Shown here piece by piece: positions 50,619 to 63,211 of a stretch of DNA of 64,000 bases. The stretch is from Mobula hypostoma (lineage: Eukaryota): contig NC_086101.1 of NCBI RefSeq assembly GCF_963921235.1, positions 6,450,001-6,514,000 of the forward strand. The letters are read 5' to 3'. The notes below the pieces were generated by a model that saw only the letters and a list, made by a program, of their open reading frames with translations, had not been told where the DNA came from and did not search any database. A program made the translations under genes and the position numbers. The first letter of the stretch is position 1, and every line of letters starts with the position of its first letter.

Positions 50619-51620
50619 GTAAGGGATGTAGAAGAGAGCAAGTTCCCCTGTTTAGTGACTATGGATATGGTGTGGTAGGGTAGCAGTTCGTGTAACTCTT
50701 CACAGTGTCAGCTGTGAGATTAAGATTGATTCCGCCTGTCTGTGAGGATTTTCTGCGTTCTCCCCGTGACTGTGTAGGTGTCCTCCGGGTGCTCCGCATT
50801 CCAAACTCGTGTGGTTAGCGTTAGTGGATTGTGGGTAGGCTATGTTATTGCTGGAAGCACGGCGCCACTTGTAGGCTGCCCCCAGCTCATTGGCTGTTGA
50901 CGCAAAACAACGCCTTTCACTGTGTGTTTTGACGTATGTGTTTCTGGTGTCAAAATGGTTGTTTTGATGCGTCTGGTGTGGTAGTATAGTGGGTAGTTTT
51001 TGTTGCTCTTACTTTCAGCTTCCACTGCTGGTTTATAAAAAGGAGAGGTGAAGTCTCTCCCTGCTAGTACACACCCTCTACGACAGCAAGCCTCGTGAAT
51101 CGCCTCCTCCCTGGCGACACACAGGAACTGAACTCCTCGCGGATTCAGGCTGAACTACAGAAGCCGGGGAGGAGGTCTGGCCCCTGCACACGTAGCACAC
51201 AGACCCACCGGTGTGTGGACACGCCCTGGTGCTCGTGAACCAGATCCCCAGCGATGGGTAAATAACCCCACTGCCTTGTGGGCAGCCTCAGGAGAGACGA
51301 AGGCTACGGGAGTGAACCCAGACAGCAAATCCGGAGCGGAGCCCCTAAGGCGGCTGGACATTACTGAACGTCCTCCCAGCAGCTCCTGCAGCCAAGCTGG
51401 TGCCAAACGTTGGACTACACTGGTGAGGCTGAGAGGGGGATCTTGATGACAGGGCATCTCAGGATCTCCATACCTTCCACCCAGGCTTGTCAAGACAGAC
51501 GGATGCCAACCACTGTCACATGTTTCTACATTCAGGCAGATTAGACCGTTCTGGTTAGACTCCCGCCCTCCTTGATCTATTACCCCGTCACTGCTTTGGA
51601 AACACTTCAACCACTTTTTA

Positions 51621-52230
51621 TAATGCTGTTTAAATTCCAAATGCACGCTGGTGTTTCTATATGTACATATGCACACTTCATTCTATATCTGTACTTTAAA
51701 CTCTAACTGTAATTCTTCACAATTGTCAAATGTTGTTTCTTTATTAGATTTCTTCCCCACTCTGATGTTTAGTCTGAACAGCAACTGAACCTCATGACCA
51801 TGTCTGCATGCTTTTATGCATCGAGTTGCTGCCTTATAATTGGCTGATTAGATATTATCGTTAACGAGCAGGTCTACCTAATAAAGTGGCCACGGAGTAT
51901 AATGCCGTTTAAATTCCAAATGCACGCTGGCGTTTCTATATGTACCTATGCACACTTCATTCTATATCTATACTTTAACCTCTAACCTTTCTTCACAATA
52001 AATGATTAGTTTTATTTGTCACATCAAGGATCGGTTTTTTCTTCTGTAATGCTGTTTAAATTTCAAATTGTGAAGAATTACAGTTAAAGGTTAGAGGTTA
52101 AAGTACGGATATAGAATGAAGTGTGCATATGTACATATAGAAACACCAGCATGCATTTGGAATTTAAACAGCATTACAGAAGAAAAAAAATTGATCCTTG
52201 ATGTGACAAATAAAGCGAATCATTTATTGA
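51621..52230. repeat. Local direct and inverted duplication of a ~100-bp block
   Basis: Block at 51621-51724 is repeated at 51901-51999 and inverted at 52066-52175; 51996-52068 is inverted at 52157-52229. Confidence 0.85.
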
Positions 52231-52687
52231 TTGTGACCCCAGTGGTGGAGCCCACCCCACCGTTGAGTGCATCTACATGGAGTGCTGTTGCAGGAGAGCA
52301 GCATCTATCATCAGGGACCCCCACCACCCAGGACATGCTCTCTTCTCACTGCTGCCATCAGTGACTGGGTACAGAAGCCACTTGTCCCACACCACCGGGT
52401 TCTGGAACAGTTATTAGCCCTCAACCATCAGGCTCTTGAATCAGTGGGGATAACTTCCCCATCATTGAAATGTTTCCACAACCAATGGACTCACTTTCAA
52501 GGACTCTTTATCTCGTGTTCTCATTATTTATTGTTTATTTATTTATTATCTTTCTTTTTGTATTTGCTCAGTTTGTTGTCTTTTGCACAGTTGTTGCGGT
52601 CTTTCATTGATTCTATCATGGTCTTCAGTCTGTGGATTTATTAAGTACGCCCACAAGAAAAGGAATCTCAGAGTTGTATATGGTGAT

Positions 52688-52692
<5 letters not shown>

Positions 52693-52739
<47 letters not shown>

Positions 52740-52757
52740 ACACACACACTCACACAC
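52693..52757. repeat. (CA)n microsatellite
   Basis: Read directly from the sequence. Confidence 0.95.
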
Positions 52758-52954
52758 TTTGATAATAAATTTGCTTTGAACTTTGAACTTTTTCTGTGTA
52801 TTCTCTGAGCTTGCGAGATGGAAAATTTCAGAATGTGATCCCGATGCAGATGACTGGAGTTTGGGATTGTTTCTGTCAGAGAACGTGCACAACTTGCATT
52901 TATTTATTCCAGGGCTTTACTTGTATCAGCCTGTTCATTTAAAATGGCTTTAGA

Positions 52955-54301
52955 CAGGGGTCGGCAACCTTTTTGCCTCTGTGGGCCGGATCGTATATTA
53001 ATGAGTGGACGGTGGGCCAGATAAATGCCATAAGGAAGCTTGTAATATGGGAATTATCCATTTAAATACATCTAGTTATGTTTTACCTCAAATTAATGAA
53101 TAACACATGCTAGAAAATCATTTGTGCTTAACCAGGGATGCCAATTAGAAACAAAGAACTCAGTTTAGTTGCAGTTTATTTCAGTCAAGGCATCTTTTGA
53201 ATCTATTAAAAGGACACAATCTTTAAATGTAAAACATATGAATATGATGCATTGAATTGTGGTAAATTAAGTATAATAAAAAAGAAAATTTTAATGCAAA
53301 CCGTCGATAAATCAATGTGAAACTTGATGCTGTTTGTTGCTTGAAAGCTTCTCAATATTGGGTGTCACACTTGTTGATGCCAAGAGCAAGACATTATCTA
53401 GACGGGCATCAGTCAATCTTGTTCTCAAATGGTTCGGTGTGCTTCAGTTTTGAAAATAATTGCTCGCAAATATAAGTGCTGCCAAACAATGATGCCATCT
53501 CTTTTGCATGGTCCACTAAGTTAGGATACTTCCCACTTGGATGAATATATTCTCTATAGGATTCAAGCACTGATACATCTTCAGAATGAAATTTTGATCT
53601 CAATATGTCGTCACACTGCATCTCAATCAATTCCATTTGAAAAATTTCTGATGCAGTGTCCACTTCCACATCAAATGGAGTAGCAAACAGCTTGAACTCA
53701 TTTGCATGCAAGCGAAAATTAGCAAAACAAGTTGAAACTTCTTTTCTCAATTCTTGGACCTTTGTCTCATTTTCTAGGCAAATGAGACAAACTGGTTTCC
53801 CGGCTTGCTCGACGAAGTAATCTAGTGTCCAAGTGTCTTGGAAATTTCAGCACTCAGTGTTTACCTTCCTGCATTTTGCATTCATTGCCATTGGAATTTT
53901 TTTCTTCGATTTTATTTTGAATTGCGAGTTGTTCAACAAGTATCGTAGCACATGTAAATATCTGGATATTTAGCATGGATTTCTTGTTAAAACCCAGTGA
54001 CCCTGTTTCTGTTTACAAATTTGAATGATCCCATCTGAAAACTTGCGCGTGCACGGAGAGTATCTAATACATATTAATAAGGTAGTCTGCCTTCACGTCA
54101 TTCATATATACCAGTGTTTGGTTTGGAGCAAAACGGAACCTGGGTCCAGTGTAACAAGACGCCATGAATGTCAATCAGTGCGGTCGCGTGAAACACTCAG
54201 AATAAGGAAAAATCGCTCGCGGGCCGGATCAGCATAGTATCCCAATATTTTCTCGTGGGCCGGTCAAAATACCTTCGCGGGCCGGATGTGGCCTACCCCT
54301 G
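52955..54301 (-). mobile_element. Internally deleted hAT element (SPIN/GTF2IRD2-like Buster group)
   Basis: TIRs CAGGGGTCGGCAAC...GGCCTACCCCTG; GCTTTAGA on both flanks; N-terminal remnant FQDTWTLDYFVEQAGKPVCLIC joined to C-terminal FQMELIEMQCD...MASLFGSTYICEQLFS. Confidence 0.88.
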
Positions 54302-55947
54302 CTTTAGACCATGAGGATCACCTTGCCTACTCATATCGCATTCATCATGATTCAATGCTTCCTCTCTCTCAGGGTCTTTTCTTTCTTTGCGACTGGGCAT
54401 TCTGCAGGAATTTCTGCCATTAATGATCAGAAAGTTTGCTTCTCCCGTGTGTTCCACGTGGTGAAATTGGAATCGAGTCTGCAGACCATGGAATTGATTG
54501 TATCGATTAAGGATTAACTTTTATTTGTCACGTGTACATCGAAGCATGGTGAAATGCACCTTTGGTGTCAATGACCAACACAGTCCAATGTCTTGCTGGG
54601 GGAAGCCTACGAGGGTAGGCCCACAGCTTACTAACCGTAATCTGTACGTCTTTGTAACGTGGGAGGAAAGCAGAACATCTGTGCAGTCACGGGGTGAATG
54701 TACAAACTCTTCACCGTCAATGACGGTTATTGATTGGTGATCGCTGGCATTATGACGCGAATGCGCTAACTCTCACTACCTTACTGATGTGAATGCTTAA
54801 ATATAACATAGTCAGCAATAAGCATGAATCTAGATGGACGTACAAGCTGAAAATGTGCATGTTTGTATTTGATAAATAATTGAAATTCAGATTGATCGAG
54901 TATCAAAGGCGCGGGGGGGGGGAGCATTTTTTTTCTGATCAGTCTCAATACTGCTCACCCATTGGGAGGTTGTACTTTAAGTTCCTGGACTGTGTTCCAA
55001 TGTAAATAATGCTCCGCCTGTGAGAATTGGTTGGGCCAGAGCCAGTTGCGTGGTGGTTTACTGAACCTGCTATAAGTGGCATTGGAGCAGAATTGGATCA
55101 ATGGGCCCATCGAGTCTGCTCTGCCATTGGATCGTTGCCCATTTATTATCCCTCTCTCTCCATTCTCCTGCCTTCTCCCCATCACCCTTGATGACCTTAC
55201 CAATCAAGAACCTATCAACGTCTGCTTTAAATGACTGGCCTCCATACCATCTATGCCAATGAGCCACCACACACTGGCTAAAGAAATTCCTCCTCATTAT
55301 CTGTTCTGAAGGGGCATCCTGTTCTGAACTGTGCTCTCTGGTCTTTGAATATTGCAAACATCCTCTCCCCATCCACTTTAACCAAGACTTTCTGTTGGAG
55401 GGAGATGCATACTATAATGTTGTCAATCCCTCAGTCGGACTGATTTAACCTCAACAGGATGATAAATAACATTTTGTATTTTTCGTTCCCTTTGCATAAT
55501 GGATACCCTTTTCGTCGTTATGTGCCATGTTGTTTGACGTAGGCCATCATGGTCTTTCCGAGAACATGATTGTTCCTGGCAAATTTTTCTTCAGAAGTGG
55601 TTTGTCGTTGTCTTCTTCTGGGCAGTGTCTTTACATGACACCTTGCACCGGTGGTCGCATAATCAGGACTTGTGATATGCACCAGTTGCTCGTACAACCA
55701 TCCACCACTTGATCCCATGGCTTCACGTGCCCTGATCAGGGTGGGGGAGGGGGGACTCAGCATGTGCTAGATCTTGTCCAAAGGTGACCTGCAGGCTAGC
55801 GGAGGGAAGGAGCACCTCACACCTGGTAGAGGTTTCACTCCACCCTACCACCCAAATATACAACTCTTTAAAAAGTCACACTGTATGCATTTTTTAAAAT
55901 TAGCATTGTTGATTCAAAATCTTAACCACATGCTTTTCCTTGTACAG

Positions 55948-56067
55948 TAAAAACCCAGATACAGTTCGAGCTCCAATGATTCCTCTGCCATTACCAAAGA
56001 AACTTTACTTCTACATCACTTCGGACATAAAGCGAGACATTGAGCATGCCAAACAGAACCTGGACAT
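55948..56067 (+). CDS. CRAT: CRAT-like exon 9 (KNPDTVRAPMIPLPLPKKLYF...KQNLDI)
   Basis: ttgtacag| acceptor, AT|gtgagt donor, 120 nt. Confidence 0.95.
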
Positions 56068-59053
56068 GTGAGTAGCACAGTCGTTACCTGTGTTTATCTT
56101 TTAGACTGAACGCAGAGGGACTGATGATTTTCCCCCCTCTCCCTTACCTCTTCCCTTCACCTGTCTATCACCTCCCCCTGGTGTCCCTCCTCCTTCTCTT
56201 TCTCCCATGGCCTCCTCTCCTATCATATTCCTCCTTCTCCAGCCCTTTGCCTTTTCCACCTATCACTTCTCAGCTTCTTATTTCACCTCCCTGGCTTCAC
56301 CAATCACATTCTAGCTGGGCCTCCATCCCCTCCCCCCACCTTTTTTTTTGTCTGGCATCTTCCCCCTTCCTTTCCAGTCCTGATGAAGAGTCTCGGCCCG
56401 AACCATCAACTGTTTAATTCCCCTCTATAGATGCTGCCTGACCTGCTGAGTTTCTCCAGCATGTGCAGAATCTCTTGTGTTAAAGAAAGACCAGATGTTT
56501 AGCATCATCTTTGCATCATTCCTTCTCCTGGAGACTGATCTCCTGAAGAATGGATTCAATGAATCTTATAAGAGCATGAAATCTCTCAAATTTAAATAGA
56601 TTTAATTTCTGTATGGTGAACCTGTGTCCCGAAAAGATTTTCTCTCCTCTTTCTGTCCAGGTTATCAATTCTAAATTGTTTGAAGTTGCTGCAGTGAAAT
56701 TATTTTGAACCACTTGAACACTATTTCAATTCAGTACAGTGGATTGGGCCATTAATTGGGCCATCTGTTAATTGGAATGGCTGCTTATTTGGGACAACCC
56801 TTTAAAAATACAAAAGCTAATTGATAAAATAATCAGGATTCCATTAATTCATTTAGGGCACTATGCCACTTAATTGGGAGAGGGAACTGTTGTTGAACAG
56901 CTTCTATCTAGTGTCAGCCGTGTACCAGCAGAAGCTCCAAAGACCTCATCCCTGGGATGGGCGACATCTCAGGACAACTTGATAGACAGAGGACTCTGGT
57001 GAGCAGCTATTACTGGCCTTTGCCCCAGCAGGGGTGAAAGAAGAATAATCTGTTTTTCTATGTTACCTCAGATGTGCTGGGTAATGAATCTACTGTTCTG
57101 TCCAGTCATCGACAGAAAAAAATAATTTTCTGGATAATTTCATATTAATGAAGGTGACTGGATAAAGGAAATGCCGTGTGTGCTGTTCCAATGTCATTAC
57201 TAGAGCAGATATGAAGGCCCTTCAGCCCATAATGTTGTGCTAACCTTTTAACCTATTCTGAGATTAATCTAACTCTTCCCTTCCACATAGCCCTCCATAT
57301 TTATTTGATCCATGTACATTTAAGAGTCCCTTAAATACCCCTAATGTATCTGCCTCTACCACCACCCCGACTGTGTTCTACACACTTATCACTTTCTGTG
57401 TAAAACGACCTACTTCTGACTTACTTTCTTTCAGTCACCTTAAAATGGTGTCCACTTGCGTTAGCCTTTGCTACCCTGGGGAAGAAGTCTCTTATCATCT
57501 TGTATACCTCGATCAATTCACTTCTCATTCTCTTTTACTCCAAAGAGAAAAGCCCTAGGTCACTCTACCTACCCTTATAAGACATGCTGTCTACTCCAGG
57601 CAGCATCCTGGTAAATCTCCTCTACACTGTCTCTAAAGCTTCCACGTCGTTCCCATAATGAGGCGATATAGCTACCAGATCAGTCATGGAGATCGCTTAA
57701 CTTTCTAAAATGCAAACTTTGATTTTTTTTTTACTGTGCTTGTTATGTTTTGTAAATCTGAGGCATTAAACTAATTAAAAGGAAAAGACGGGAGACAGAA
57801 ACGTGATTCTGTCTTTGTGTTTACCTTAAGTGAGGCGTGCACGTATCACGCGGTAGAGTCATGGTGTATGCAATTAACTTATTTTTACATGTAACCTGTA
57901 AGGAATTATTTAAATAAACATGAATGTTTAATCAAACACATTTACAATATTACTCAAATACTACTGAGATATTAAATACACAGTTCTCCACTTTCCTTTA
58001 ATCTCCTCTAACTCTTTGTTCCTTCCAGTTTCTTCGTGCCCTCCCATTCTTCTCACATTTTCCCTGATCTCCTGCCATCAGGTAGAAGGTACCACAGTAT
58101 AAGAACCAGAACTGTCAGGCTGGGTAAGAGCTCCTTCCCCAAGACTGTTAGACTTCTCAGCAGCCTGCTGCCACCCAGCACAGGTGTACAGTCTGCCCCG
58201 CCCGAACTCTCCAACTCACAGACACACTCTCATTCTGTGCTGGCCACCTTTCATCGTGTCTTGCTGCTGTTTCACATATCTATACAATGGCTCATTTTGT
58301 GATAATAGTGCCACTAATATTATAATGCTTACTTAAGGCCATCACCCCTGCAGAGGCATAGGACACCGACAGCGGTCTGCCAGAGTTCTCTGTCCTGGGC
58401 CAGTTGTCTGCAGGTGCAGCCCATCTTTGAAGAACCTTCCTCTCCCAGGGATGGGGTTTTTGGAGGTTTTGTTGCTGTCTTCGGTAGCTTTAGGTTTTTA
58501 CAGGATGAGCGTGTTAGCTCCATTCCCAACCCTCCTTTCACAGCCGGCTTGGGACTGTCTATAGCGGAGTCGCATAAACGTGCTCCTCGCACCTGTCAAT
58601 CTTCAGGCTGTGCACTCAGGGACTTGTGCTAATATTATTTTGTGATTGATTGCGTTGAATTGTTACATTATGTGCTGTGTGTGTGTGACTGTGTTTCATA
58701 TCTAGGCCCCAGATAACAATATTTCATATACAATAAACTTGAACTTCACTTGATTCCGTTATCCCAAATGTAATTGCTTCGTCACTTCTGGCTGACTTTT
58801 CATTCTGATGGTCTGGTCCTACACTTGGAGCTTCCCTTCCCTTTGCCTTTCCCCCCTCCTTAAATTCCACCATTTTACCCAGCTTTTGAAACAAAATTAC
58901 ATGGGTTTGTCTGATAATACTGTGAAATCCCTTGGACAAGACACTGGCTAGAGACGGCTCATTAATACCGATTCTTCCTCTTTAGGGTACCCTTTCCTTT
59001 AAAGTTCATTTATTTCTGGAATTCACAGAGTTGAAATAGTCCCTTTGTTCCAG

Positions 59054-59176
59054 TTTAGTCAACGACTTGGACATCAGCTGCTTCACCTACAGAAACTTTG
59101 GCAAAGACTTTCCCAAAAAACACGGCATGAGTCCTGACTCGTTTGTTCAGATGGCACTGCAGTTGGCGTACTTTAG
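59054..59176 (+). CDS. CRAT: CRAT-like exon 10 (LVNDLDI...FGKDFPKKHGMSPDSFVQMALQLAYF)
   Basis: gttccag| acceptor, AG|gtatgt donor, 123 nt. Confidence 0.96.
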
Positions 59177-61998
59177 GTATGTATTTTAGCCATAATTAAC
59201 TCTTCAAATCCAGTGTGAGTTTATCAGTTAGCCTGGTTTCAAAGTTCAAAGTACATTTGTTATCAGCCTTGAGATTTGCCTCCTTACAGGCAGCCGCATA
59301 ACTAAGAACCCAATAGAACCAATTTTTAAAAAAAACTTTTGCTGAATGTGCAGGATAAAAAGCAAACTGTGCAAACAATAAAAGTAAGCAAATAGCATTC
59401 AGAACTGAAGTTCGCCGAAGCGAGCCCACGGACACGAAGCCAGCAGCCGATTTGGGAGCCTGTCTGTTGCAGGCCACAGCATGGGCTCAGTGCAGAGACG
59501 AGTAAGCTTTGCGAAGCAGTGAGTTGAATCGGCCCGTCGCTTACCTCTGCATCCTGACCTCCTCAGTCTGCCCTGGTGCTTAACTCATCCGAACCTTATC
59601 TATGTTCTACGTTTATTTGCCACAGTGCTTAACGTGATGCTGTTCCAGCTCGGAGCCTTGCCAAGTTCAGAGTTCCGTTCTGGCGTCATCTGTAAGGAGC
59701 TAGCACATTCTCCCCGTGAGGTTTGTGGATTTCCTCCGGGTGCTCCGGTTTCCTCCCACATTCAAACCTACGGTTAGTAGGTTAATTGGTCATTGTAAAT
59801 TGTCCTGTGATTAGGCTGGGGTGAAACAGGTGGGTTGCTGGGGGCTGCAGTTTTGGGCTGGAGGGCACTATGTCTCTAAGTAAATAAATAAGCAATAAAC
59901 ATGAGATGTTGTTGTAACCCTTCACACTTTAACTCTCCCTTGCTATGTTTATATTGTCAATATCTTCGTGCTAATATTTTACACTTCTTTGCATTTTTGT
60001 GTAGCATTTTTACAGAAATTCCTTTGGGGATGTTTCTGATGGAAGGACGCCAATCAGAAACGTTCAATCTGTTTTTCTCTCCACGGAGGCTGCCTGACCT
60101 ACTGAGTGTTTCCAGCCTTTCCTGTTTTTATTTCAGATATCCAGTGTCTGCAGCTATTTGCTGTACGTTTCCTTCTCGACGGCTTTCTAGAATCTTTTAT
60201 AGATTGATGAGAAATTTTAAAGCAGTGAAGAATGTTTAAATTGAAGAACATTTGCCTGTATAATTTCGAGCTGCTGTAGTTGGTCTGACTTTATTAGATT
60301 AGATTCAACTTTATTGTCATTGTGCCGAGTACAGATACAAAGCCAATGAAATGCAGTTAGCATCTAACCAGAAATGCAAAGAATAGTGTTATTTACAAGA
60401 TAACTGCGAATAAAAAGTAAGTGCTACAGCACACAAATATAAAGGTACTGAGACAGTACAATTATAGAAAAATACAGCATAGAAATAGGCCCTTCAGCCC
60501 ATCTAATTCATGGCCAAACATTAAATTGCCCACTCCCAACGACCTGTAGCCATACCATAGCCCTCCATTCCCCTACTATCCATGTACCATCCAAACGTCA
60601 CTTAAACATCGAAATCAAGTTTGCATGCACCACTTGTGCTGGCAGCTCTTTCCACACTCTCACAGCCCTGTGAGTGAAGAAGTTGCCCTTCACGTTCCCT
60701 TCAACTTTTCAGCTTTCATCCTTAATCCATAACTTCTGGTTGTAGTCCCACCCAACCTCAGTGGAAAAGGTTAGAAATGGAACATATCTTCCTATAAGTC
60801 TCTAAGATACAGGAGCAAATAAGGCCATTTAGCCCTTTGAATCTGCTCTGCTATTCCATCATGGCTGATTTATTAACCCTTTCAATCCAATTCTCCTGCC
60901 TTCTCTCCAGAACCTTTGACCCCCTGACTAATCAAGAAGCTATCAGCCTCCACCTTAAATATACCCAATGACTCAGCCTCCAAAGCCCGTCAGTGGCAAT
61001 GAATTCCACAGATTCAGCTTCCTCTGGTTAAATAAATTCCTTCTCATCTCTCTTTTAAGAGACTTTCCAGTGTGAGTCTGTGCCCTCTGGTCCTAGACTC
61101 TCCCACTCTTGGAAACATCCTCTCCACTCTACCTAAGCCTTTCAATATTTGGTAGTTTCCAGAGTGATTCACCCCCTCATCTAAACTCCAGCAAGTACAA
61201 ACCCAGAGCCACCGAACGTTCCTCATACATTAACTCTTTCATTTCCGCTATCACCAACTTCAATCCTGACTCTTAACTCTCTGTTCATCTCCCAACCCCT
61301 CTCAAAACAAAACTCAGCATTACTCAGGAGATAGTTTTCGTACCATGAAACAATCTACAGTAATCCATACAGATTCACTGAGCTTTCTTTTACTCAATAA
61401 GGGTCTCGGCCCAAATGTCAACTGTTCAAAGGTTCAAAGATACAATTTAATGTCAGTGAAATATTTACAAGATACATCCTGAAATGATTTTTCTTCACAG
61501 CCATCCATGAAAACAGAGTGCCCCGAGAATGAACGAGTTAAATGTTAGAGCCCCAAAGCACCCCCCCCCCAGCTCCCCCTCCCACGTGTAAGCGGCAGCG
61601 AGCAACAATTCCCCCTCCGCCCACCGACAAAAAAAAGCATTGGCACCACCACCGAGCTGTAACGTCTTGCAGCCCCTGCCAGAGTTGCTGTGCATCTAAT
61701 ATCGCCTCCAACCTCATTTGAAATTGTCTCTTTGCCTTTGAAATAGCCCTCCGTAAATCAAACCTGGTTTTTTGGTACAGGCCTGGGTCGCCAGACTTGA
61801 ATGCCACAGATCTGGCCTTCAGCAGATGACGTTCCTCCTGGTTCATCCATGGCTTTTGGTTTGGGGATGTACAACAAGTCCTTGCAGGCAGACACCAGAG
61901 GTACACCACCCTCTATGGAAAGGGATTTCTGCTGGCCGCTGTTTTAAATGGCCTCGTAACTCCTGACTTCCAGCCTGACTCTGTGCTGTCACTTTCAG

Positions 61999-62134
61999 AA
62001 TGTACCACGAGCTGTGTTCTGTGTGTGAGACCGTTTCTCTAAGAAACTTCCATCTGGGGCGCACTGATGTAGTTCGATCCTCGTCTACGGATTGCTTGGA
62101 GTTTGTGGAAAGAATGGATGATCCCGGACAAGAG
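61999..62134 (+). CDS. CRAT: CRAT-like exon 11 (MYHELCSVCETVSLRNFHLGRTDVVRS...DDPGQE)
   Basis: actttcag| acceptor, GAG|gtaatt donor, 136 nt. Confidence 0.95.
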
Positions 62135-63175
62135 GTAATTAGGCTGTTTCACCACCCAGTGTCACTGAGTTTTTCAACAGGAACAATCCCTTGGACTGAC
62201 AGTGGAACAGTGGAGCTCGGTACAGTCCCTGTGACCCACAGTGACTGAGTTATACTGTTTTTCCCCCTTTGGACCACAAGAGGACGTATCCTTATCACGG
62301 TTTACAAAATCATGAGGACTGTGGGTAGGGTGACTGAACATGGTGTTGTATTTCTTCCATTGCTGGGAAATCAAGAACTAGAGGCAAAGGTTTAAGGTGG
62401 GAGGGACTAGCTTGAATAGGAACTTAGGTAGATCATAGAACAATACTGCACAGGACTGGCCCTTCAGCCCACAATGTCGTGCCAACCTTTTAACCTAGTC
62501 CAAGGTCAATCTAACTCTTCTCTCCTACATAACCCTCCATTTTTTTTTCTTTCATCCATTGTCCTGTTTCTTAAATGCCCCTAATGTATCTGCCTCTACC
62601 AGCACCCCAAGCAGCTCCCACTACTCTCTGTGTATAAAAAAAACAACCTCTAACATCCCCCCTCCATATGTTCCACCAAACACATAAAGTTATACCCCTT
62701 GTGTTAGCCATTCCTTAACAATAATTGAAATTTAACAACTATCGTCTGTAAAATAAGATAATTGATATTAAAATGCCACTGAATGAGGCTGCAACTCTGC
62801 AGAGAGTAAATCAGAATCAGGTTTATTATCACTGGTGTGAAATTTGCTGCAGTACAGTGTAAGGCAAAAAATTACTGTAAGTTACGATGAATGTGTGAAA
62901 GAGTGAGGTTGTGTACATGGGTTCATAGAAATCTGATAGTGGAGGGGAAGAAGCTGCTCCTGAAATGTTGAGTGTGGGTCTTCAGGCTCCTGTACCTCCT
63001 CCCTGATGGTAGCAATGAGAAGAGGGCATGTCCTGGGTGGTGACCATTCGTAAAGAATGATGGATGCCACCTTCTTCAGTCACCTGAAATATGTAGATTT
63101 AATGTATTAATCACATGTACGTCGAAACATACAGTGAAATGTATCCCCCATCTGACACCTTACCCATTCCTTCTC

Positions 63176-63211
63176 AGTCCTGATGAAGGGCCTTGGCCCG
63201 AAACATCGACT
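63176..63211 (+). ncRNA. Minimal hammerhead motif (Penelope-like pLTR) in CRAT intron 11
   Basis: AGTC-CTGATGA-AGGGCCTTGGCCC-GAAACATC-GACT; core intact, stem III palindrome mutated to ACAU. Confidence 0.5.

Larger units (their letters stand above)
18850..62134 (+). other. CRAT: Carnitine O-acetyltransferase-like gene (CRAT/cratb-like), coding exons 1-11, 3' end outside the window
   Basis: Eleven exons (30,276,119,54,166,175,179,101,120,123,136 nt; 1479 nt, 493 aa) splice in frame. Family motifs LPQLPVPPL, ENWLTDWW, NRWFDKTLQF, SPDSFVQMALQLAY and FHLGRTD are present. Internal exon sizes match mammalian CRAT as I recall them. Confidence 0.95.

Noticed and set aside
18850..62134. CRAT-like locus as a pseudogene
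   Set aside because: No stops or frameshifts in 493 codons, and splice sites and exon phases are preserved.
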